Below are positions 50,025-57,830 of a stretch of DNA of 64,000 nucleotides, piece after piece (within the stretch, counting starts at the first letter, position 1; the number at the start of each line of letters is the position of its first letter). The position numbers were made by a program, and so were the translations under genes. Under the pieces are notes generated by a model that saw nothing but the letters and a program-made list of their open reading frames with translations, ran no database searches and was not told the origin of the DNA. Source of the DNA: Chloroflexi bacterium UBA4730 (lineage in GTDB: Bacteria; Chloroflexota; Limnocylindria; P2-11E); NCBI GenBank assembly GCA_002404155.1, contig DHJC01000016.1:13529-77528 (forward strand), read 5' to 3'.

Positions 50025-50597
50025 CTACCAGACGATTCCGCGAAGGGCGTGGACCACGGCGATCGCACCCGCGCGATCCATATCATGGCCGTCTGCGACA
50101 TTGAGCTCGCCAGGCAGATAGCCCTGGTGCTGCATGATCTCGCGCGCGAGGGTACGAAGCTCAGCGAGGTACGCGCGGTAACTGTCTCCGACCATCTGTC
50201 GATTCCGGTGGGGCAGCCGATCACGCTTAGCGACTTCCTCCTCGAGTTCGTCGGCGTAACGGAGCGTTCGCTCCTGAAGGGTCAACGGCGCGGTCCTCGC
50301 GGCCGCAGCTCCGACCTCGCGCTCGGCCCGCCGCCTTCGATCCGCGATCGTCGACGGCGCGAAAGTCGCCGCGCTGGCCAAGAGAACGACCGCCTCGGAC
50401 TGGCGGCGCTGCAGCTCTGCCATGACCATGGCCAACAGCCCGAGCACGATCAGGAACACGAGCACCACGACGAGCAAAGGAAGTCCGGCGACCAGGGCGA
50501 GCGCGCCGATGACCGCCCCTCCGACGGTTGAGCCTCCCCATTGCCAGAGGCCATTCGCCGCCAGGTTGACCAGCAAGTCCCTAAGGAGCTTCGGCAC
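50025..50597 (-). CDS. membrane-anchored hypothetical protein
   Basis: TAGCCT-7nt-GTG start; N-terminal TM hairpin then helical domain. Confidence 0.6.
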   Translation of the reverse strand: MPKLLRDLLVNLAANGLWQWGGSTVGGAVIGALALVAGLPLLVVVLVFLIVLGLLAMVMAELQRRQSEAVVLLASAATFAPSTIADRRRRAEREVGAAAARTAPLTLQERTLRYADELEEEVAKRDRLPHRNRQMVGDSYRAYLAELRTLAREIMQHQGYLPGELNVADGHDMDRAGAIAVVHALRGIVW

Positions 50598-50723
50598 GCT
50601 GCGAAGGCTACGTCGCGCACCCGTACAGGTCTGCGAAGTAGGCCCGGCGCAAGGCTCGAGCACGTTCGGGTCTGGCCAGAGGCCTGACCGCTACTCCCCG
50701 ATGCCTTGCTCGTCGAGTCCCAC

Positions 50724-50773
50724 TGCGCTTGTTCCTTTGATAGAGAGCCAAGCGCGATAGGGAGAACCACTCA
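50724..50773 (+). promoter_or_regulatory. conserved leader of the microprotein-MerR module, copy 1
   Basis: tgcgcttgttcctttgatagagagccaa, 27/28 identical to 61255-61282; gcgcttg/caagcgc inverted repeat. Confidence 0.7.
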
Positions 50774-50947
50774 ATGGCGAAGGGAACCTTGGCCAAACAG
50801 CGACGTGGCGCGAAGATCGCCAAGGCTCGGGCGGAGGAGATCCTCGAGATCAAGCCCGGCAGCCTCACCGTGTACACGGCCTACCTCGTCCTGTTCGTCC
50901 GGCTCGTGGTGCTCGCGATCAACGGCCTCAACCTCGGTCCGCGCTAG
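50774..50947 (+). CDS. 57-aa basic/hydrophobic microprotein (not in ORF track)
   Basis: MAKGTLAKQRRGAKIAKARAEEILEIKPGSLTVYTAYLVLFVRLVVLAINGLNLGPR; GGGAG RBS; TAGTG overlap with MerR; 39/57 identical to 61303-61476. Confidence 0.85.
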   Translation: MAKGTLAKQRRGAKIAKARAEEILEIKPGSLTVYTAYLVLFVRLVVLAINGLNLGPR

Positions 50948-51378
50948 TGAGCGTCTCTGGCAGCGGGCAGCTTGGCCCGGCCCAGCACGTGATCACCTCA
51001 AAGCCAGGCGCCGTCTACAAGCTCGGCGAGGTCGCCACGCAGACGGGTCTGAGCCCGAAGCAGCTGCGCCAGTGGGAGCTGCGGGGCCTGGTCGCCCCGA
51101 TGCACGGCCCGGGCGGTCAGCGGCTGTACTCGGACTCCGACCTCGAGCGGCTGCGTCGGGCAAAGACCATGCGCGACAGTGGGATGACACTCGCCGAGAT
51201 CAAGCAGCTGCTCTGGATCCTCAGTGCCACCAGCCTCGGCAACGAGGTCGAGGGGCTGGCTCACCTCGGGCGGATCTGCCGACGCGTCGGAGCCCAGCTC
51301 ACCGTGGCCGAAGACCTGGCCGAGGTGCTTCGGGCTCGCCTAATCAGGAGGAACGGTTGGAGCTTCCCCCGACGCTGA
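50947..51378 (+). CDS. MerR-family regulator
   Basis: YKLGEVATQTGLSPKQLRQWE...GGQRLYSDSDLERL...GMTLAEIK. Confidence 0.9.
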   Translation: MSVSGSGQLGPAQHVITSKPGAVYKLGEVATQTGLSPKQLRQWELRGLVAPMHGPGGQRLYSDSDLERLRRAKTMRDSGMTLAEIKQLLWILSATSLGNEVEGLAHLGRICRRVGAQLTVAEDLAEVLRARLIRRNGWSFPRR

Positions 51379-51689
51379 TGGCGACGGGCCCGAAGGAGTT
51401 GAACCCTGCCCAACGGGCAAGCCACCATCGAACCGTGGCGCGCCCGCGGCGGCTCACCCCAGAGCGACACGTCCTCGGCGGCGCGATGACCAAGAGACCG
51501 CCGCCGCGCGTCGCGACAGAGCAGAGGCACGCTGCGGCCGCGCAGGCCGACCTGCTCCAGGAGCTCCTGCTGCTCCGGAGAGCGCTTCGCGCCGAAGAGC
51601 GCGAGGCCGACTTCTGGATCGACGAGGCCGAGCGGTTCCGCAACCAGCTCGTCGAGGTCCTGCGCGAGCGGGCGATGGAGAAGTCATGA
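51378..51689 (+). CDS. small coiled-coil protein, FWxxE..R.RN family member 1
   Basis: TGATG coupling; EADFWIDEAERFRNQLVEVLRERA. Confidence 0.7.
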   Translation: MATGPKELNPAQRASHHRTVARPRRLTPERHVLGGAMTKRPPPRVATEQRHAAAAQADLLQELLLLRRALRAEEREADFWIDEAERFRNQLVEVLRERAMEKS

Positions 51690-52039
51690 GCACGAAGACC
51701 GTGCGGGTGAAGTGGCGCGAGCGAGCCATCCGGGCCGAGCAGCTGGCGGCTGCGCGCTTGGAACAGATTTCCGAGCTCCTGACCAAGCTCCGGGAAGCCG
51801 CGGCCGACCTCGCGGAGGCGAAGGAGGAGCTCGACCAGGACGAGATCGACTTCGCGGTCAAGGCCACCGAGATCGACTTTTGGGTCGAGGAGTGCGACTA
51901 CCACCGCAACAAGCGCCTCGACCAGTGGACCAACGACGCCCGCTACCGCGCCGAGCAGGAGCGGAAGGCTGCCGCGGACAAGAGCGTCAACGGCGTTGGA
52001 GACGCGATGCGCTCAGCTGTCAAGGATGGGATCGCGTAG
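51686..52039 (+). CDS. small coiled-coil protein, family member 2
   Basis: ATGA coupling; EIDFWVEECDYHRN. Confidence 0.75.
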   Translation: MSTKTVRVKWRERAIRAEQLAAARLEQISELLTKLREAAADLAEAKEELDQDEIDFAVKATEIDFWVEECDYHRNKRLDQWTNDARYRAEQERKAAADKSVNGVGDAMRSAVKDGIA

Positions 52040-52041
52040 CC

Positions 52042-52392
52042 GTGGTCAAGAAGAAACGCGATCAGATCTCACTGCGCTACAAGAGAGGCAGCCTGAACCC
52101 CGAAGCCAAGCGGGCCCTCCAGATCGGTGGCAAGCACCTGATCACGTTCTACCAAGACGAGATCGCCAGACTCACGGCCCGGCTCGGCGCTGCGGACGCG
52201 GAGATCGCGATCCAACTCGCGCAAGGATGGAACTGGCGGGCAATCGCCGAGGCGGCCGCGAGCAAAACCGAAGAGATCAATAAGCAGTTGGCTGCTGATG
52301 CCTTCGAGAAGGAGTTCTGGATCGAGGAGCTCGTCCGCTATCGCAACTGGGTCATCGCGTTGCTCCGGGAGAAGGCCCAGCTGCCTAAATGA
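52042..52392 (+). CDS. small coiled-coil protein, family member 3
   Basis: GTG 2 nt after the previous stop; EKEFWIEELVRYRNWVIALLREKA. Confidence 0.75.
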   Translation: MVKKKRDQISLRYKRGSLNPEAKRALQIGGKHLITFYQDEIARLTARLGAADAEIAIQLAQGWNWRAIAEAAASKTEEINKQLAADAFEKEFWIEELVRYRNWVIALLREKAQLPK

Positions 52393-52649
52393 GAGGCCAA
52401 CCGAAGTCGCGGACGACGCTACCGGCGGTCACCCGTGGTAGCGCGGCCGCCGTGGATGCCGTCCGAGGCCTGCGCTTGGCGAAGGCGGTACGGGACTGGC
52501 TCTTTGCGCTCGAACTGGAGCACGAGAAGGCGAGCCACCCGGACCCAGGCGAGATGATCTCGGAGGACACCTGTCATGTGTGCGCCGGGATCAATGAGAT
52601 GTGGGATGCGCTGAAAGACCAGGAAGCACTCTGGCGGCCGCAGAAGTGA
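52389..52649 (+). CDS. small CxxC protein starting MRGQPK
   Basis: ATGA coupling; HPD...CHVC. Confidence 0.7.
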   Translation: MRGQPKSRTTLPAVTRGSAAAVDAVRGLRLAKAVRDWLFALELEHEKASHPDPGEMISEDTCHVCAGINEMWDALKDQEALWRPQK

Positions 52650-52918
52650 GAGGCCAGCCGAAGCCGCGAGCGGTGTTGCCGTCGGTGCGGGCCGCGCCGG
52701 CTACGGGCCATTGCTGGATGTGCGGTCGCGGGTACTCGCGCATCCAGGAGGACTTTCGGGAGCTGGCCACGGCCCTCACATCGATGGACGGCATGCGCCG
52801 ACGCTACGAGGAGCTCCACGGACACCAGTTCAGCGGACCCGAGCTGGTTCTGGAAGCGGCCCACTGCGACGAATGTCACGCGGTCGGTGCGTTCTGGAGT
52901 GGCACGCGCAGCCGATGA
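52646..52918 (+). CDS. small putative zinc-binding protein starting MRGQPK
   Basis: GTGA coupling; CWMC...CDEC. Confidence 0.7.
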   Translation: MRGQPKPRAVLPSVRAAPATGHCWMCGRGYSRIQEDFRELATALTSMDGMRRRYEELHGHQFSGPELVLEAAHCDECHAVGAFWSGTRSR

Positions 52919-53090
52919 CCACCCGAAGTGCGTAGCCGCTGCCATCAGCGGCTGCGATTGCTTCCTGCCGCAACGGGCAGCGCACGATGCCGGTATGTCG
53001 GAGGTTCAGGTGGCGCGCACGCGTGACGACCGGTATGCCCACCGGGGATTGGCACCGCGATTGGCACCGCGCCACGTCGCGTGGTCATAG
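52899..53090 (+). CDS. small Cys-containing hypothetical protein
   Basis: HPKC...GCDC; overlaps the end of the previous gene. Confidence 0.4.
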   Translation: MARAADDHPKCVAAAISGCDCFLPQRAAHDAGMSEVQVARTRDDRYAHRGLAPRLAPRHVAWS

Positions 53091-53093
53091 CGT

Positions 53094-53741
53094 TCACGCC
53101 GTCCTTTCGAGGTCGTTCATCGGCGTGAAGGCGAACTGCGGTTCGCGTCGGATGATCGCCGGGTCGATACCAAGGAGCTTCGCCAGGAGGACGCGCTCCC
53201 GGTAGCTCGCCTCTTTGGGGCCGAGGTGGGCCGCCGGCATGAGTTCGGGCTCCTCCGCTGTTGCAGCCGCGAAAGCCAAGGCCGCGCGCAGCGCATCCGG
53301 CCAGCGCCCGCGGGCCTCGCCCGTATGAGTGATCCATTGGCCGAGGACCGGCGGGCGGTTGGGGCTGCGGGTGATCGGGGCCATGCACACGCCGGGCTCG
53401 GTGGTACGTGAAGCATGGCTGATCGTCAGCCACTCCTCACGCGCGCGGCTGGTCGACGGCCGGACCCCGGGCTCGCTCAACGTAACCCACGTGGTGAATA
53501 CGACGGCGATGAAGCGCGGGTTGTTCTTTCCTGCCAGGTGGGCGACCGCCACGGCGTGGAGGTCCTTCTGCGTCTCCGCTTGCGGAGTGATCAGGATGGC
53601 GCCGGTGAGCCCGCCGCTAGCGTCCTCGAAGGCCAGAAAGGGGAGCCAGTTGCCGTCAGGTGCCGACGGCGCGAGCATGTGCTGCTTCACCTTAGCCAGG
53701 AACTCGTCCTCGTTGGCGCTTGGCATGTCGGGGCCGCTCAT
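53094..53741 (-). CDS. hypothetical protein
   Basis: GGGAGG RBS before ATG 53741; globular alpha/beta-looking sequence. Confidence 0.65.
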   Translation of the reverse strand: MSGPDMPSANEDEFLAKVKQHMLAPSAPDGNWLPFLAFEDASGGLTGAILITPQAETQKDLHAVAVAHLAGKNNPRFIAVVFTTWVTLSEPGVRPSTSRAREEWLTISHASRTTEPGVCMAPITRSPNRPPVLGQWITHTGEARGRWPDALRAALAFAAATAEEPELMPAAHLGPKEASYRERVLLAKLLGIDPAIIRREPQFAFTPMNDLERTA

Positions 53742-53847
53742 TCGTGATTCCTCCCGAAATTTGGTTTGCTTCCAGAATCGCCTTGATTCCACTCATCTCC
53801 TATGCGTCGGTCACGCGCGCGATTGCTACGGCCAGTAGCCTTACGAA

Positions 53848-54507
53848 ATGCCGACTTTGCTGGAAGTCGTCTTAAGTCCGCAGACGCTGGTGGCGCTCCG
53901 GGGACTCCGCAGCGGCATGACGACGAGCGACGTGCGCAAGCTCCCCCTGCGCTTCCGGCAACTCGTCGCGCGCCTGGACCAAGCCGGACTTCTGAAACGC
54001 GCGGCGAGCTCCGGTGGTCCGACCCACCTGTACTTAAAGGACGAGGCCGGCCGTCTCATCCCCTATGGGCCGGCGCGGACACCGCTGCGCCGGATCACCC
54101 GCGAGCAACTCGACCGACTGGGCCTGCCTGACCTGCCGGCGTTTCAGATCCGCGCCGCCGCGGACAAACACCGGATGGGCCGGCCCTCACGTCCGGGACC
54201 GCGCGTGTACATGCGGCGTCTACCCGACGAGGACTTTGACCCCGAGGTCGACCTGCACGAGACCGTGCTGGCGTTGCTGCTCTTCAATGGCCGCGCCGCA
54301 CGCGCGTTTGTCGCCGCGCGTCCCGGCACCGACTGGACTCGGCTGCGCAAACGCATTCGCCAGGAAGGACTACCTGGGCGAGCTCGCTACTTCGGCGTCC
54401 ACAAGCTCATCGGCCTCCGCATCCCGCGAAAGAAGACGGCGGCCATCCGGCACGACGCCTACCGGCGAGCGAAGACCGAGCCCATTCCCCGCAAGCCTCC
54501 GCGCTGA
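53848..54507 (+). CDS. basic protein with possible N-terminal winged helix
   Basis: TAGCCT-6nt-ATG; LVARLDQAGLLKR...YLKDEAG. Confidence 0.6.
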   Translation: MPTLLEVVLSPQTLVALRGLRSGMTTSDVRKLPLRFRQLVARLDQAGLLKRAASSGGPTHLYLKDEAGRLIPYGPARTPLRRITREQLDRLGLPDLPAFQIRAAADKHRMGRPSRPGPRVYMRRLPDEDFDPEVDLHETVLALLLFNGRAARAFVAARPGTDWTRLRKRIRQEGLPGRARYFGVHKLIGLRIPRKKTAAIRHDAYRRAKTEPIPRKPPR

Positions 54508-54588
54508 TACGCCCGGCCGCTCGGGCGTCGCACGCCGCTGCCCCTTAGAAGCCCGGGTGCAACTACCACCGCCCGAAGCTGCATTGAC

Positions 54589-54833
54589 CTAGTTGACCGT
54601 GGTCTGCCGCGTCACCGCGCCCGAGCTGGTCGTGTTGTTGTTCACCCTGGCCGTGAAGGTAGCGGTGTTGGTTGCGCCTAGGGTGAGTCCGGTTGCCGGA
54701 GCAGTGACCGTGGCGTAGACGTTGCGAATCGCACCTGCGCTCAACGTCCAGGTCGCCGGCGCTGCGCTCGTGCAGGTCGGGTTGGTGAACAGCGCCGTGG
54801 TCCAGGTACCGCCGGGAAGGCTGTCGCTACAGG
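54589..54833 (-). pseudogene. C-terminal remnant of a Thr-rich surface protein, cut at the IS end
   Basis: SLPGGTWTTALF...NVYATVTAPA...TATFTA...TTVN-stop with no start. Confidence 0.55.
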
Positions 54834-54883
54834 TGCGGACTTTTAGTTGGCCAAAACTGCGGACTTTTCGTTGGCCATTGACA
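54834..54883. mobile_element. isolated IS21-family-like end
   Basis: Two 20-bp direct repeats tgcggactttt(a/c)gttggcca at 24-bp period, ending ...ttgaCA. Confidence 0.7.
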
Positions 54884-54945
54884 TGATGTGCTCGACGGAA
54901 ACAAACTCAGTGTGGCATCTGGAGGCTTAAACGCTGGAATTCTTA

Positions 54946-55158
54946 GTGGCAGCGCTCGCGATGATTCTGGCCCTATCGCTGGCCTTGGTTGCTTTTGTGG
55001 CGTTCATATACCTCGGATTTCGCCTACGGCGTCGGTCGATCGCCCGGGGGCAACATCCACTACGGCTGCTGCCCTGGTACCTCGGAGGACCGCAGGATCT
55101 CGAGTTGAAGCATCCTGCCGACGACCTTGGGAGGCGGGCGCGTCGACGCCATAAGTAA
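54946..55158 (+). CDS. small single-TM protein
   Basis: N-terminal hydrophobic helix followed by a basic cluster. Confidence 0.5.
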   Translation: MAALAMILALSLALVAFVAFIYLGFRLRRRSIARGQHPLRLLPWYLGGPQDLELKHPADDLGRRARRRHK

Positions 55159-55226
55159 CCGAGCCTCGGTGGTGACCACCGAGGCTCGTTCTCCAGGCTC
55201 GTTTTCCGAAGGGCTGAATCGCTCGC

Positions 55227-55760
55227 TTACTGCATGTAGCTGGTGAAGGTTTGCCGCGTGCCGGCGCAGTAGTAGGCCTCACCATCGTCGAGACAATAGT
55301 TCGACTTGATTTCGACCCGCGTGCTTGACGGTGGGAAGTGATTGATCGAGAGGTTCGACACTGCCCACCAGTCAGCGGTTCCACATGCTGGCCAGTATCC
55401 TGACGTACTCCCACCCAGCGAGTCGCTATCGATTTCCCCTTGGCCGTCCCGATACACATACCAATACCGCAGCATGAACGACGCGTAATGGCCTTCGCTG
55501 TTGTAGATGTCTTGCGCGTACTTCATGCAAATGCGCAACGGCGAGTCGTAAATCTCGATTTGGTCTCCCGAGACGTAAAGCCAGTATGCGTCGATAAACA
55601 CTTCATGCTGCACGCTAATCGGACCTGCGCCGATGAATATCCAATCAGTCCACAATCCGTATCCTGACGAGGTATTCGCCGCCGCTAACTTCGTTGCTCC
55701 GAGCTGTGCGACGATCAGAGTGATCACCATCAACCCGCTGATGCCTAGTTTGCGAATCAT
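55227..55760 (-). CDS. secreted aromatic/Cys-rich hypothetical protein
   Basis: Signal peptide MIRKLGISGLMVITLIVAQLGATKLAAA; ATGA coupling; lower GC. Confidence 0.65.
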   Translation of the reverse strand: MIRKLGISGLMVITLIVAQLGATKLAAANTSSGYGLWTDWIFIGAGPISVQHEVFIDAYWLYVSGDQIEIYDSPLRICMKYAQDIYNSEGHYASFMLRYWYVYRDGQGEIDSDSLGGSTSGYWPACGTADWWAVSNLSINHFPPSSTRVEIKSNYCLDDGEAYYCAGTRQTFTSYMQ

Positions 55761-56383
55761 GTTCCGTACCTCGTAATCGCGGCCCGCGCGAGTAGGTCGG
55801 CTATGAACGACTTCCAGACGGCCTCTTTCTGAGCCACCGTGGAAGCATCGGCAGTTACTTGACCCTTCAGGCTCCCAATCAGTAGTTGCTCCCTCCACGA
55901 ATTGACCACCGGCGGGTAAGTCCAAATCCCCCGAGCGTCGGTGCCTAGGGCGTCCGCGTACCTATACAAGCCCTGTTCAGGGTCCGCGTCCGCGACGACC
56001 TTTTGCCTGGCGATGAAGGAGTTGAGCTCTGCGTCCGATACCGAGAGGTTGCGGCGCTCGGCCTCAAGCGTCAGCACCGTGTGAGTGATCACCGTCTGAA
56101 GCGCCATGGCGCGATCGGGCCCTCGGCCGTTGACACTATCAAGAGCCACTTCGATATCGACCTGTCGTTGGGTGATCGGCGTACCGTTGACCGCCGCGAC
56201 TGTCGGACCGTCGCTGCTTCGGCCAAAGATGTCCCGCAGCGCCTGTCCAATGTGCTCGGGCACGCCAGGAACCGGTGCAGCTTGCGCGGCGAGGCTAGCA
56301 AGCGCGAGAGTTGACACCAACACTGCAAGCGCGGCGACGAACAGAGTGCCCGCGACCGTTGCTACGAATCTTGGGCGGCGCAC
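55757..56383 (-). CDS. SurA/PrsA N-terminal-domain-like exported protein lacking the PPIase domain
   Basis: TVAAVNGTPITQRQV...ALQTVITHTVLTLEAERRNLSVSDAEL; AGGAGG RBS. Confidence 0.75.
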   Translation of the reverse strand: MRRPRFVATVAGTLFVAALAVLVSTLALASLAAQAAPVPGVPEHIGQALRDIFGRSSDGPTVAAVNGTPITQRQVDIEVALDSVNGRGPDRAMALQTVITHTVLTLEAERRNLSVSDAELNSFIARQKVVADADPEQGLYRYADALGTDARGIWTYPPVVNSWREQLLIGSLKGQVTADASTVAQKEAVWKSFIADLLARAAITRYGT

Positions 56384-56592
56384 GACATTAACCTCCTACG
56401 AGTTAGTTGGGGTTTGGACGAACATGCAGCCCCGGGAAGCGCATGCCCGCCGAGAACGTTTGCCCGCTCGTGCGGCACGTTACCCATATCGCCACGTCCA
56501 TTAAAAGTCAATGCACGATTACGTAACGCCAAACTGCTATGACCATTAACGTGCGGTTAGCGCCCTTTGCCGAATGCGCGATCAACCTCCGT

Positions 56593-56622
56593 CACCAAAG
56601 TCGCGTCCACCAAAGTCGCGTC
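56593..56622. repeat. perfect 15-bp tandem duplication
   Basis: caccaaagtcgcgtc x2. Confidence 0.85.
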
Positions 56623-56722
56623 GTTCCATGCAAGCTCCCAGCGCCGATAATGGCCAGCCCGGCGCGCTGGAACATACACCCCCGCCGCATGGGCTCCCTC
56701 CGCTGAGTGGGCTGCCGTCACC

Positions 56723-57631
56723 ATGGCCCTGCGGCCGGCCGGCGGCGGCGTGAACCTCACCGTTCCCGTGGGCTCATATCCGTGGAGCGTCGGGCTTAAT
56801 CTCACGACCGCGACCCTGCGCGTGCTCAACCTGGCTTCAAGTACCTTCTCGGTCATCAGCACCACCACCAACACGGTGACCACTACCGTCGCTGCGGGCA
56901 CCAGTCCCCTCAGCATTGCCGTGAATTCCACGACCAACCACGTATACGTAACCCACTACGACGGGACCGTTTCCGTGATCGACGGAGCAACTAACGGCGT
57001 TCTGGCGAGCGTCTCCGCGGGTTCCTACTCGCTGGCCGCCGCCGTGAACCCATCGACGAATCGGGTGTACGTGGCGAACTTCTACTCGAACACCATTTCG
57101 GTAATCGACGGTGCGACCAACTTGGTATCCGCCGCGATCGGGGTTGGCGCGGGGCCCAGTGCGGTCGACGTAAACCCGACCACCAACCACATATTTGTCA
57201 CCAACCAGCTGGGCCGGACCCTCTCGGTGATCGATGGCACGAACAACACCGTGCTCACCACCGTCGCGCTCTCACCCTATTACCCGTTCGGGGTGGCGGT
57301 GAACTCCCTGACCAACCGCGTGTACATCGCGATGGGCGGCGACGCGGGCGCGGTCGGGGTGCTGGACGGGTTAAACAACACCCTTATAACCACCATCGCG
57401 GTTGCCGTCAGTCCGGAGAGTATCGCCGTCGATTCAACTAAGAAGTACGTCTACGCCGCGGCCTGCTGCGGCATTTCCAGCACCGTGTACGTCATCGACG
57501 CAAATACGAACACCGCGCTCGCCCCGCTGGCGAGCGGAACCAGCCCCCATGGGCTGGCGGTCGACCCTAATAATTTCGTCTATGGAGCGAACGCGGACTC
57601 GAACACGGCCTTCGTAAAGAGCGCTCCGTAG
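56723..57631 (+). CDS. YVTN/YncE-type beta-propeller protein (possibly 5'-truncated)
   Basis: Repeats of P..AVNP.TNRVYV.N..S.TISVIDGATN. Confidence 0.85.
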   Translation: MALRPAGGGVNLTVPVGSYPWSVGLNLTTATLRVLNLASSTFSVISTTTNTVTTTVAAGTSPLSIAVNSTTNHVYVTHYDGTVSVIDGATNGVLASVSAGSYSLAAAVNPSTNRVYVANFYSNTISVIDGATNLVSAAIGVGAGPSAVDVNPTTNHIFVTNQLGRTLSVIDGTNNTVLTTVALSPYYPFGVAVNSLTNRVYIAMGGDAGAVGVLDGLNNTLITTIAVAVSPESIAVDSTKKYVYAAACCGISSTVYVIDANTNTALAPLASGTSPHGLAVDPNNFVYGANADSNTAFVKSAP

Positions 57632-57830
57632 GTTCGGGAGAACTTCGTCGGTGATCGCCGCGATCGCTTGGATGAGGCTTCGCCGCGGGGGACATGAAGT
57701 ACAGGAGATTCTTCCGCTTGGGGGCCCTCCTGGGTGCTGACTTCCGTACCGACGACCGCCTAGAAATGCACAAAACTCCAGACGACGCCAACCGCTCCGC
57801 CGGGCGCGGACATTCGTCGATACCAGCTGC

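Noticed and set aside
50706-51689. ORF-track 327-aa and 297-aa (60583-61476) proteins as real genes
   Set aside because: They are upstream run-ons of the short true ORFs; RBS position, coupling and paralog alignment support starts at 51378 and 61303.
53047-53070. 12-bp tandem repeat gattggcaccgc x2
   Set aside because: A simple in-frame slippage duplication in a low-confidence ORF; no further structure.
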